DNA from: a virus
Direction: 5' to 3' (one strand)
IMG/VR virus record: IMGVR_UViG_3300028563_000018
Span: 8,873-72,872 of that record
DNA: 64,000 nucleotides
The notes below the pieces were generated by a model, which saw only the letters and a list, made by a program, of their open reading frames with translations, was not told the origin of the DNA and ran no database searches. The stretch's first letter is position 1. Every line of letters begins with the position of its first letter. Positions 47,795 through 56,743 of the stretch are shown here, in pieces. A program made the position numbers and the translations under genes.

Positions 47795-49145
47795 CGTCCT
47801 CAACCTCGATGACGACATCTGGGGGTGCCGGAAGTGCAACCTGCGGGTTGAACGACGCGATCAACTCAGGTGTGATCTGGTCGATCGTGTAACCCTGGCC
47901 TTTGAGTTCCTGAATCGTCCGGGCCATCTGAACCTGGGGTGTCTCGACAGCCTGTGCACTGCCACCGACACTGATTGCCACCTTTGGCCCAGTGAATCGA
48001 CCTGGAGCGAGGAGCTTCGCCATCGTCACGCCCCGGTCGAACAGGCTGTTGGCGAGCCTCGTCACTTCCGGGTCGAGAGGAGTGCCGTCTTTGCCGCCGA
48101 ACTCCACCTCAACATCAAGGGCGTGCTCGAGCCGTTCGGTGTGCACAGACAAGACCGCGCCCAGGCCGTCGATGACCTGGTCAGCGTCACGAGACCGAAA
48201 CAGCTTGGCGAGCGAGGCCGTCTCAGATTGAGGCAAGGAACACACCTGTCCGTCACGGAAGTACTTGCAACTTGGCGCCAAAGAGCACGTGTCGCAGTGG
48301 ACTTTGTCGCCGACGGTAGCATTGACTTGTTTGCTCATGGGACTCAATGTCGTCGGAATCACATGATCTTTTGCGTCAGGATCCACGACAATCTTGCCGC
48401 GCGAGCGGAATGGAATGTCCTCCTTGAAATGTTCAGCCGCCCATTCGGCACTCCGCATGTTGTAGAGCGTCCGGTTGCGTGGAACCTTCAGGTCCGCGTT
48501 CTTGAATCCGAGCAGCGCGATCCACTTGGCCCAGCGACCTACGTCCTTCTCGTGAATGCGTTTGCCGTTCGGCAGCATCACCATGTCGCCGCGACCGAGC
48601 TCGAAAGGATCCAGATCAATCGACTTGAAATCGAGCCCAAACATCACACGGAAACTCGCGAGACCCGTCATGTGCAATGTCGCCGTCGGGTATTCAGCTT
48701 GAAGATCGCGGATGGTCGAAGCAAACCGACGACCGATGCCAAGTTGCATACCGGGAGCGCTGGTGATGACGACCCGGTGTTCCTGTCCGTAAACCGGACG
48801 TTCGTGCAGCCCACAACGAGTGTCGTTGCACGCAGCCCAATCGGCGCCCACGGGGGTTGCGATCAATTCCTCCAACGTGGCGATGTCGTCGAGCTTGTAA
48901 TCCCACGTGGGATACACGGCTTTCGGCCTCGCTCGCGTCCAACCACGGCGTAGCTCGGCGGTCCCGTCAGGAGCGATGACGAGCATTCGATAGTCAAGGG
49001 GGGGCGCTAGAAAGAGATCGGCGAAGCGATCGATGTCAACGCTGCGTCGCTCAAGAAAGCTCGCGTTGAACGCGAAGAGCGTTGCCCCGTGTTCCAGTGC
49101 CTCACGCACGTACGGTTCCGCGTTGCGGTACCAGACTTCCACCAT
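47763..49145 (-). CDS. multidomain protein at the terminase-small-subunit position
   Basis: 460 aa; LHMTG...SIDLD segment, CxxCx5Cx8C cluster, helical C-terminus; overlaps terL start. Confidence 0.6.
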   Translation of the reverse strand: MVEVWYRNAEPYVREALEHGATLFAFNASFLERRSVDIDRFADLFLAPPLDYRMLVIAPDGTAELRRGWTRARPKAVYPTWDYKLDDIATLEELIATPVGADWAACNDTRCGLHERPVYGQEHRVVITSAPGMQLGIGRRFASTIRDLQAEYPTATLHMTGLASFRVMFGLDFKSIDLDPFELGRGDMVMLPNGKRIHEKDVGRWAKWIALLGFKNADLKVPRNRTLYNMRSAEWAAEHFKEDIPFRSRGKIVVDPDAKDHVIPTTLSPMSKQVNATVGDKVHCDTCSLAPSCKYFRDGQVCSLPQSETASLAKLFRSRDADQVIDGLGAVLSVHTERLEHALDVEVEFGGKDGTPLDPEVTRLANSLFDRGVTMAKLLAPGRFTGPKVAISVGGSAQAVETPQVQMARTIQELKGQGYTIDQITPELIASFNPQVALPAPPDVVIEVEDDGEEPDDSEF

Positions 49146-49284
49146 TGCGACATTGTCGCGGGCTTGCGCTCTGTCTCGGAAACGTGCAGGGCGATCCAGA
49201 ATAAAGATGTACCCCAGGCAGTTCCAGATACAACGGTGCAGTGGTTACGTTGTGAACCCGGCATGCACGCTGGGTGAGGTTCGG

Positions 49285-49336
49285 AAAAAGAAAAGGGGCC
49301 AGGGGTGCCTGCCGGCAAGCGAACCACCCCTGGCCC
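49285..49336 (-). terminator. intrinsic terminator (minus strand)
   Basis: Perfect 12-bp GC stem followed by UUUUCUUUUU on the minus strand. Confidence 0.6.
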
Positions 49337-49356
49337 AACCCACAGCGAGCAGATCC
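49296..49356 (+). ncRNA. structured leader motif, copy 5
   Basis: GGGCCAGGGGUG/CACCCCUGGCCC stem, loop CCUGCCGGCAAGCGAAC, tail AACCCACAGCGAGCAGAUC. Confidence 0.65.
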
Positions 49357-49460
49357 GTAGATCCTCCTGCCGTGTCCACGCAATCATATTCTCAAGATGA
49401 TGCCGTGACTAGCCAAGGATCTGTTACCAAACCACTCAACGTGGTCAACTAGGAACAGCC

Positions 49461-50189
49461 TTGAGTAATGATCTGGTCAACGCTCTGGCCCGCAGGTTCA
49501 TTCATCGAACCGACGTGAAGGCTTGGCAACACACCGATGGTGCGTACTACCCAGATCGCACCCCAATCACACGTGCCGATCTGAACGCGCACGTTGCAGG
49601 CACAAAGACTCTCGGCCACTACCTGCTCGGTACAGACAACAAGTGTAAATTCGCCTGCTTTGACATCGACCTGAACGTCGATGGTCTCTGGGACGGCGAA
49701 CCCTACAAACCACGCGAAGAGTTCGCGAACCCGGACAGTCCCTACCGAGAGGGCTTAATCGGTCAGCTCGCTTCGACGGCCGAAGTCTTGGCGCGCCATG
49801 CACACAAGATACTTGGTGTCGATGTAGCCATCTCGTTTTCCGGGGCGAAGGGCTGTCATGTTTACCTTTTGACCGGCCTGGACATCGCCGCCGACGTACG
49901 TGCTGCCGCGGTAACCGTGCTCGAAGCTGTCGGGCTTTGGCATCCCACGCGCGGCCAGAACTTCTACGGGAGTGACAACCCCGAGTCGGCATACACGATC
50001 GAGGTCTTTCCCAAGCAAGACACACTCGATTCCAAGGATCTCGGAAACCTGCTCAGGTTGGCTCTCGGGATAAACCGTAAGTCTGGCAAGCCAGGACTCT
50101 TCCTGCGCGTCGGCGGCGGAAAGCGCGCCTCGTTCCACGCGATGGATCCCATTGCGGCGCTGAGCGGGGAACTGCCGTGGAAGAACTAA
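49461..50189 (+). CDS. AEP-family primase-polymerase domain
   Basis: FDID (motif I), FSGAKGCH (motif II), EVFPKQ...GN..RL. Confidence 0.85.
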   Translation: MSNDLVNALARRFIHRTDVKAWQHTDGAYYPDRTPITRADLNAHVAGTKTLGHYLLGTDNKCKFACFDIDLNVDGLWDGEPYKPREEFANPDSPYREGLIGQLASTAEVLARHAHKILGVDVAISFSGAKGCHVYLLTGLDIAADVRAAAVTVLEAVGLWHPTRGQNFYGSDNPESAYTIEVFPKQDTLDSKDLGNLLRLALGINRKSGKPGLFLRVGGGKRASFHAMDPIAALSGELPWKN

Positions 50190-52039
50190 CCGTCGCGCAG
50201 CGTCTAGCGCGAGCTCGCGAGCGAGGGCTCATCAAGGCTGTCCCTGAACCGACACCAGAGGTTCCCGACACTCTCGCTGACCTCGCCAAGACGGATCACG
50301 CCCGAGATGACGTCGATGTCGAGATCGACGGCATCCTGAACATCGGCATCGACGAGGCCTACCGCAAATGGTGCGGCAAGTCTGAGCCGAACCTGACGGG
50401 CAAGCGCGAGTCGATCATGGTCTCGTGCCCGAAGCCCGACCATCTCGACAAGAACCCGTCGGCGTGGCTGAACCTCGACAAGGGCACGTGGTTCTGTGGG
50501 GGTTGCCAGGAGGGTGGGGACGGCTACGACATCGCGGCCTACCACTTCGGCTACGCCGTGCCGGGCTACAAGCAGGGCGAGTCGTTCCGGAAACTGCGCG
50601 TCGACATGGCCAAGTCGCTCGGTTACAGAGTCAAGACGACCATCAGCGGCACAAGCTATGTCGACAACGAGCCAGAAGCGCGCCGTGACGACACGCCAGC
50701 CGCGCCGGCGCAGCTCGAGCAGGACTCCGACCAACAGCCTTCGGCGCAGATCATCGAGTTTCCACTACCACAGGAACTTCAGCCGCTTTCAATCGACTGG
50801 AAGAGCATCCTTCCGGCCGAGACGTTCCTCGCTCAATGGATGCAAGCCACCTCAGAGGACGACTTGCCCGAGGAGTATTACTTCTGGCTCGGCTTGATGG
50901 CGGTAGGGCTCGCTGCTGGCGACCAGGCGGTGCTCACCGACGACCCCTGGATCAAAGGCAACCTCTTCGTCTGTCTGTACGGCCCATCAGGAATCGGCAA
51001 GACCCGAGCAGCCTCGCGCCTCGTGCGCCTTTTGTCGAAGGCGCTACCTCACGACGATCAGGATCCCGCTAGCACAGGCACAATGCTTGTACCGATGCCC
51101 GGTTCTGCCGAAGCCCTCATTGACGCCTTCTCGAAACCCATCTTCGACCCGGCTGACCCTAAGAAGATCATCGGGTACGCAGGAGTTAGGGGTCTCGTTC
51201 GTTTCGACGAACTGTCATCTCTGATCGCTCGTTCCAATCGCGTCGGCAGTGCCATCAAGCCGACGCTCATGGAGTTCTTCGACAGCTACACCGCCGTTGA
51301 CATCGTGAGCCGAGGAGCGGGCCGCGTCCGCGCCGAGCACCACTTCGCAGCCTCGGTCGCTTCTACCCAGCCAGGAGCGATTCGTGATCTCCTCGTTCAA
51401 ACCGATGCTGACTCTGGATTCATCAACCGATGGGTCTTTGCTTCGGGACCGCTCAAGCCGCTCCGCTCATACCGAACCACGTCTATCGACATCGACCACT
51501 TGAAACAACCCCTCAATGAACTGCGTCAATGGAGTTCATTGAGACATCACGAAATCAAGCTCGAGGGACCTGCGCTGAGCGTGTGGACTTCGTTCTTTCA
51601 ATCAACGATCGAGCCGATCAGAGTCTCCAGCGATAAGCCACTCCTCACGAGGATTGACCTCCTGCTCAAGAAGATCATCCTTCTGTTCTGTATCAACGAG
51701 AAGAGCGATGCCCCCGACGCCGCGCTCGTCGAACGCGCGATCAGCCTGTTTCCGTACCTGGAGCGCAGCTACAACCTCCTTGTCGGCGAAATCGGAGTCG
51801 GCCCTCAACAGGACTGTCGCACGAAGATTCTCGCCGCCGTCGAAACGATCCAAGCCAAGACAGGGAAGGGTGCAACCGTGCGACAGATACATCAACGCCT
51901 CGGGAAAAGATTCGCTCCCGACATGATCGTGCGAACGATCCGAGCGATGGAAGATCTCCGAGATATTCAAGAGGTCATTCAACAAGGAGCACGCGGCCCC
52001 AAGACGGTCGCCTACATGCTGGTCGGTAACGATGCCTGA
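50177..52039 (+). CDS. zinc-finger plus P-loop helicase (DUF3987-like)
   Basis: CP..DH.D.NPS...WFCGGC..GGD; GPSGIGKT; FDEL; STQP; GFINR. Confidence 0.85.
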   Translation: MEELTVAQRLARARERGLIKAVPEPTPEVPDTLADLAKTDHARDDVDVEIDGILNIGIDEAYRKWCGKSEPNLTGKRESIMVSCPKPDHLDKNPSAWLNLDKGTWFCGGCQEGGDGYDIAAYHFGYAVPGYKQGESFRKLRVDMAKSLGYRVKTTISGTSYVDNEPEARRDDTPAAPAQLEQDSDQQPSAQIIEFPLPQELQPLSIDWKSILPAETFLAQWMQATSEDDLPEEYYFWLGLMAVGLAAGDQAVLTDDPWIKGNLFVCLYGPSGIGKTRAASRLVRLLSKALPHDDQDPASTGTMLVPMPGSAEALIDAFSKPIFDPADPKKIIGYAGVRGLVRFDELSSLIARSNRVGSAIKPTLMEFFDSYTAVDIVSRGAGRVRAEHHFAASVASTQPGAIRDLLVQTDADSGFINRWVFASGPLKPLRSYRTTSIDIDHLKQPLNELRQWSSLRHHEIKLEGPALSVWTSFFQSTIEPIRVSSDKPLLTRIDLLLKKIILLFCINEKSDAPDAALVERAISLFPYLERSYNLLVGEIGVGPQQDCRTKILAAVETIQAKTGKGATVRQIHQRLGKRFAPDMIVRTIRAMEDLRDIQEVIQQGARGPKTVAYMLVGNDA

Positions 52040-52253
52040 GTACCTAGACATCCCCCAAGTAGCCGAGATGTTCGGCGTCAACCCACGCACCGTCTACAAG
52101 TGGACAGTCGAACGCAAGATTCCATTCTTCAAGCTGAACAAGATGATCCGGTTCAGCCGAACCGAGATCGAGGCGTGGCTCGAGCAGCATCATCACCGCG
52201 TGATCGATGAGACTACGTTGGCGGAACGTACAGACGTCCGACTCGATCACTGA
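52032..52253 (+). CDS. xis: excisionase
   Basis: HTH_17 pattern (YLDIPQVAEMFGV...IP.FK...IRF...IEAW); convergent with integrase. Confidence 0.82.
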   Translation: MPEYLDIPQVAEMFGVNPRTVYKWTVERKIPFFKLNKMIRFSRTEIEAWLEQHHHRVIDETTLAERTDVRLDH

Positions 52254-53319
52254 ACGCTTCGTCTCCATGTGGGAACAGGTGCCCGTAGCGGTCGAGCACG
52301 AACGCCGCCGACGCATGCCCGGCACGCAGTGCGATCTCCGCTGGTGACACGTTGGCGGATATCCAGATCGACACCGCGGTGTGACGCAGAGCGTGCGGCG
52401 TGAGGGGCGCTAGGCCAGCCCTCACGGCTGCGGGGTTGAACGTCCGCGCTCGCCATGCGCTCGGCGTGATCCAGCCGCCCTGCGAGGCGTGAAAGACTAG
52501 ATCGTCAGTGCCGCCGTGTTGCTCCTGGTGGGCTCGCAGGAGGTCGGTGACGGCCGAGGGGATCGGCACGCGTCGAGTCGAGCGTCTCGTCTTCGGAGGA
52601 CCGAACGCTACGCGCCCTTTCACCTCTACGAGGATCTCGCTCACCTGCACCGCGCTGGCATTGAAGTCGACCCGCGACCATTTGAGGCCGGCGAGTTCAC
52701 TGATTCGCAGCCCTCCGTATGCGCCCAACATGACGAGTGCGCTGTACTGCGGCTCGATGACACCTGCGAGCTTCGACACCTCCTCGGGCGTCAGGAATCG
52801 CATGTCCCGGTGCACGCGCTCGGGAAGCATGATGTCTCGACAGGGATTTCGACTGAGCATCTGCGCCTGCACGGCGCCAGCAAGTGTCTTGTTGAGAATC
52901 TGGTAGCACAGTCGGACCGTATTCGCCGACAACCCTTTCGCTACCAGGTCGTCGACTGCCGTCTGGATCGAACGCTGCGTGATCTCATCCAACCGCAGCT
53001 TGCCCAGCGCGGGCACCAGATGGTTCTTAAAGATGTGTGCGTGCTGAGCGCGCGTGTTTCCTCGCAGCGAGGGCGCCTGACTCACCTGGAACGCTGCGGC
53101 CCACGCGTCGAACTTCATGCGCGTGTTGCGCGGATCGGTCGCGGTGCCACGCTCGACGGCAAGCACGAGCTCGTGCTGCCAGTCGTCAGCGGAGCGCTTC
53201 GCCTCGCGGAGCCCGAACTTGCTCACAGAGAACCGCTTGGATCGTCTCGAGCCATCCGGCATACGAACGACACCCTTGAAGGCGCCGCGATCGTTCTCCA
53301 CCCAACCGGAAGCTCGCAC
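52213..53319 (-). CDS. int: tyrosine integrase
   Basis: N-terminal arm-binding region; GLRISEL, PKT, HALRH, GH, RYGH; start uncertain (53319-53352). Confidence 0.95.
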   Translation of the reverse strand: MRASGWVENDRGAFKGVVRMPDGSRRSKRFSVSKFGLREAKRSADDWQHELVLAVERGTATDPRNTRMKFDAWAAAFQVSQAPSLRGNTRAQHAHIFKNHLVPALGKLRLDEITQRSIQTAVDDLVAKGLSANTVRLCYQILNKTLAGAVQAQMLSRNPCRDIMLPERVHRDMRFLTPEEVSKLAGVIEPQYSALVMLGAYGGLRISELAGLKWSRVDFNASAVQVSEILVEVKGRVAFGPPKTRRSTRRVPIPSAVTDLLRAHQEQHGGTDDLVFHASQGGWITPSAWRARTFNPAAVRAGLAPLTPHALRHTAVSIWISANVSPAEIALRAGHASAAFVLDRYGHLFPHGDEAFSDRVGRLYVPPT

Positions 53320-53331
53320 GGTCGCATCGTA

Positions 53332-53596
53332 GTGGGGGCAGAGTGGGGGCAAATCGCGTCGCGTGTAAATGCGGCGCGTTGTGCTACATCGTGCTCGGGT
53401 ATCAAAAAGATCCGAGAAACACGGGATTTTTGTGCGCTAGATCGTGCAAGATCGTTTCATTCCGTGTGTCTGGAATGGGCGATATTCGATTGCATGTACT
53501 AACACTCCCCAAATCTCGGGATCGAGCCCTTGACCAGGGCTTTTACTGCCCTTTTACGGGTTCCACGGGGGATGTGGGGACAGAAATAGGGGCAGA
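53332..53596. other. putative attP
   Basis: Two pairs of direct arm-type repeats (GTGGGGGCAGA 53332, GTGGGGGCAAA 53343, GTGGGGACAGA 53574, ATAGGGGCAGA 53586) flank an AT-richer segment next to int. Confidence 0.7.
53525..53544 (+). terminator. small hairpin plus T-tract inside attP
   Basis: AGCCCT-TGACC-AGGGCT-TTT. Confidence 0.4.
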
Positions 53597-53622
53597 CTTG
53601 ACGCGGTTCATACATTTTCCTC

Positions 53623-53997
53623 ATGGGAATGGACACGGCGAGGGAATGCCAGCGATGCCAGTACCGGTGGTGGGGCCAGCGTACGGCGTGGTCGCCGAAG
53701 CCCAGCGCCATCCTGCACGGAGCGCGAGCGAACACCGGGCTCGACTACCAGCGGCGCCAGTACGACGCGTTCAAGACCTGCCCCAACTGCGGCGCCACGA
53801 AGGTGCGGACGGTAGACAAAGAGGGTTTCATGCCGACCGGAGCGATCACACAGACACCAACCATCACCGCGACAGTTAGTAACGATGAATCCTTCATCGA
53901 TCCTGCGCTCATCGAGAAGGCGATCGTCAAGCCCCGCAAGATGGGACGCCTGGAACGTCGCCTCTACGAGGCAGGCCGTCGCTCAGCTCGCGGTTAG
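53623..53997 (+). CDS. zinc-ribbon protein
   Basis: CQRC and CPNCG; lone + strand gene after attP. Confidence 0.6.
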   Translation: MGMDTARECQRCQYRWWGQRTAWSPKPSAILHGARANTGLDYQRRQYDAFKTCPNCGATKVRTVDKEGFMPTGAITQTPTITATVSNDESFIDPALIEKAIVKPRKMGRLERRLYEAGRRSARG

Positions 53998-54954
53998 GCG
54001 CGCCGTCACTGCCTGAACCCACTCGCGCAACGCGTACGGGATCAAGTGGTGATACGCCTCGACTAGCTGAGCGAGAACGACAAGCTCGTCGGGTTCAGGA
54101 GTAGGTTCCGGTGGCACCGGGTCGGGAACGGGCGGTACGGGATCCGGCGCAGGCGGCTCGGGCGTCGGCTCGGGCTCGGGCGTGGGTGCCGGTGGAACGG
54201 GGCTCGGTTCGGGCGCAGGTGGCTCGACGGGCGCCGGAGGAGCAACGGGCGGCGGCACGTCCGTCGCATGCGGCAGCGCGCTCAGGTCGGCAAGCAGCGC
54301 AGCGTAGGCCGCGTCGCCCATGTCGTCCTTCGTGACGATGGCCCACGCTTCGTCGATACATGCCTTCCCCCACTCAAGCGTGTACTCCTGATCTGCGCCC
54401 CACGTGACGACCGTCTTCGGGCCATCGACCGACTGCGACTTCACGAGTAAGATGCCGTGACCCTCACTCGGGTCAGCGGTCTCGCCGTTCGCGACGGTCC
54501 ACGGCTTGCCGTCGGTGAAGAGTTGCTCAGCGTCGTCGGTCAGGCTCACGCCGAGCAAGATGCCGCGGTTGAACTCGGCCATGATCGGATCGACGGTTGC
54601 CGGCGCCACCGGTGCGAAGCCCTCGATGAGCTTCTGGTGGAACAGCCACAGCAAGAAGTCGGCGATGACGACGCCCTCGTCTTGATTCTTGTCGTACTTC
54701 ATGTAGAGCGCGACGACTTCGTCGGTCGTCGGCGCCGCGCCAGCGAGCATGCGGTCGTGTGCGATGGCCGCAGGGACGCAGTCGCCGACCTGGTCGTTGC
54801 CGAGCATCCCCCAGTCGGTGATGCCCTTCGACACGTCGATCGGGTACGCCGGCGTCGGTGTCGCCTCCAGGTACTCGTGCATCCACTTGATCGCGAAGCG
54901 ATCTTCGCCTTGGCGCTGCGGCTTGCGACCCCTGAGACCTGGTGTGCGTGACAT
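53983..54954 (-). CDS. papain/C39-like cysteine peptidase with Pro-rich tail
   Basis: WGMLGND.VGDC, GH.ILL, VTWG; PEP repeats. Confidence 0.7.
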   Translation of the reverse strand: MSRTPGLRGRKPQRQGEDRFAIKWMHEYLEATPTPAYPIDVSKGITDWGMLGNDQVGDCVPAAIAHDRMLAGAAPTTDEVVALYMKYDKNQDEGVVIADFLLWLFHQKLIEGFAPVAPATVDPIMAEFNRGILLGVSLTDDAEQLFTDGKPWTVANGETADPSEGHGILLVKSQSVDGPKTVVTWGADQEYTLEWGKACIDEAWAIVTKDDMGDAAYAALLADLSALPHATDVPPPVAPPAPVEPPAPEPSPVPPAPTPEPEPTPEPPAPDPVPPVPDPVPPEPTPEPDELVVLAQLVEAYHHLIPYALREWVQAVTARLTAS

Positions 54955-54987
54955 GCGAATCAGGTTGCCCTTCCTGCGCGCGCGTCT

Positions 54988-55299
54988 TCAAGCGTCTGCG
55001 TCGACCTTTTCGTTTGCTTCACGGAAGAGCACAACAGCAATAGCCGCGAGCACTGCGATGTCGAGCACGGAATCGTCAGCGCTCTCATTCGCAAGCTCGC
55101 CCTTCAGTGAGAACTGCCTCAGACGTTGCAGCTTCTCTTCGATGCGCAAGTACACGTGCTTCCATGCCGGGACGCCCCAAGTATCAGCAGCTCGGAAGTT
55201 GGCGAATGGATCGGCGTCGGCGCCGTAGTCGTTGTTCTTGCGATCATGAAGTGCAAGCATCTCCTGCACGACCTGATGAAACTTGGGACTCGGCGCCAT
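54988..55299 (-). CDS. nucleotide-modification-associated domain protein (DUF1599/MazG-like)
   Basis: KNNDYG..DPFANF...RI.EK..RL...ES..DS..D.A. Confidence 0.78.
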   Translation of the reverse strand: MAPSPKFHQVVQEMLALHDRKNNDYGADADPFANFRAADTWGVPAWKHVYLRIEEKLQRLRQFSLKGELANESADDSVLDIAVLAAIAVVLFREANEKVDADA

Positions 55300-55682
55300 C
55301 AGTCGATCTCCTGGTTGCTGGCATAACTGAACCCGCGCTGCGTCACGCCACCCATGACGTTCGCTTTGGGCTTCAAGGCGCGACCAGGAGATTCCGTCGA
55401 GTCGGTCGGTCGATAGTGCGCCTCGGGATGCTGCGGATGATGAAACTCCATCATCACCATGTTCGCGACGTCGGCGAGCCATTCGGTATTGCCCGTCTCG
55501 CGGTACCGCTCAATGCGCTTCAAGGCGCTTTCGATCTGGTCGACACCAGCTTCCGCCGCTCCAGCCATCGTGCCGTACTTGAAGTACGACGTCGCCATGC
55601 GGTCGAGCATCGCCTGATGGAACTCGCGACCCGCTTCGGTCGTCGGAACGTCATCCGGCCAGCGCAGTTCGATCGTGCTCAC
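55299..55682 (-). CDS. all-alpha protein, possible NTP pyrophosphohydrolase
   Basis: KYG...Y.ETGN.E.LADVAN..M.EF. Confidence 0.6.
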   Translation of the reverse strand: MSTIELRWPDDVPTTEAGREFHQAMLDRMATSYFKYGTMAGAAEAGVDQIESALKRIERYRETGNTEWLADVANMVMMEFHHPQHPEAHYRPTDSTESPGRALKPKANVMGGVTQRGFSYASNQEID

Positions 55683-56743
55683 CAACCACCACACGGTGTG
55701 TACGTCGACCCGTCGAGGTCGAGGTTGAATGCGGCGCCGTTGATGTGCTTGGCGATGTCGCTGGCGCAGAAGCCGGTGCCACCGCCGTACTCGGCGTTAA
55801 AGATCGCCTTGTTGTCGGCCGTGAACGACGACAGCGTGCCACACTCGGAGTACTGATTGCACTGCTCGTTGATGGCGAAGTCGAAGTTCGGCTCGAGCTG
55901 GCTCGCCTGGTCGACATCGTTTTTCAGAGCGACGCTCAGACCGAGCGAGTGTGCCGTCGTCGCGATCCACGTGTTGTAATTCGCCTGGTCGGTGGCGGTG
56001 AGCGGGAACCCGGTCGAGTTCGTGTAGCCGTCGATGTTGTCGGGCTCCAGGGCATCGAAGCCCTTCGACACGCACATCTGCATGCGAGTGAGCATGATCG
56101 GCCGGATCGCTGGGTTTCGGATGTCCAGCCACTTCTCGCCGGGCCAACCGTTCGTGTTGCCCTGTTCAGCAGCGGTGAACTGATTGAAGTCGCTGCGAAA
56201 GTTCTCAGATGTTCCGAAGTCGATGTAGCAAACGACCTTGGCACCCGTGGCTTGCAGACTCGCGACTGTCGCGGCCGTGTTGTCGAAGCCGTCGATGTCA
56301 TAGACCTTCACACCTGCGTGCGCCGAGACGCTGCCCTGGAGTTGCCAGTACCACTGGAGCCCCGAACTCGCAGCCGGATGCCAGATCGTGCCCGCGGGTT
56401 GGGTCGTCGTCGTTGTTCCGGGTTGAGTTGTTGAAGATGCAACGATCGTTGAAGTGGTAGTCGAAGCTCCAACAGTCGTGCTGGTTCCGTTGGAGCTTGT
56501 CGTTGTCGTGGACACCGGTGGCGGCGCATTGACCCGCGAGACCTGCCACGTATACATCGGGTCGTTCTTGTTGCCGCACGTCGGGATGTTCGTGCCGCCG
56601 CGCGCCGTTTCGACGGTGCCCGCCGTGTTCGTGCACTGATACCAAGGCACCGTGGACGACGAGGATGCAAAGGCAGAGAACGCGACGGCGACGAGCGCGA
56701 CGACGATCCCGGCAACGATCAGGCGACTGCCGTATCTCTTCAT
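55679..56743 (-). CDS. secreted/anchored GH114 endo-alpha-1,4-polygalactosaminidase
   Basis: Signal/TM segment, Thr-rich linker, WQLQG, DIDGFD, VVCY, GWPGEKWLDIR, KGFD..EPDNIDGY, NEQC. Confidence 0.9.
   Translation of the reverse strand: MKRYGSRLIVAGIVVALVAVAFSAFASSSSTVPWYQCTNTAGTVETARGGTNIPTCGNKNDPMYTWQVSRVNAPPPVSTTTTSSNGTSTTVGASTTTSTIVASSTTQPGTTTTTQPAGTIWHPAASSGLQWYWQLQGSVSAHAGVKVYDIDGFDNTAATVASLQATGAKVVCYIDFGTSENFRSDFNQFTAAEQGNTNGWPGEKWLDIRNPAIRPIMLTRMQMCVSKGFDALEPDNIDGYTNSTGFPLTATDQANYNTWIATTAHSLGLSVALKNDVDQASQLEPNFDFAINEQCNQYSECGTLSSFTADNKAIFNAEYGGGTGFCASDIAKHINGAAFNLDLDGSTYTPCGGW

Noticed and set aside
54063-54260. Pro/Glu-rich DNA repeats
   Set aside because: Explained by a low-complexity protein linker
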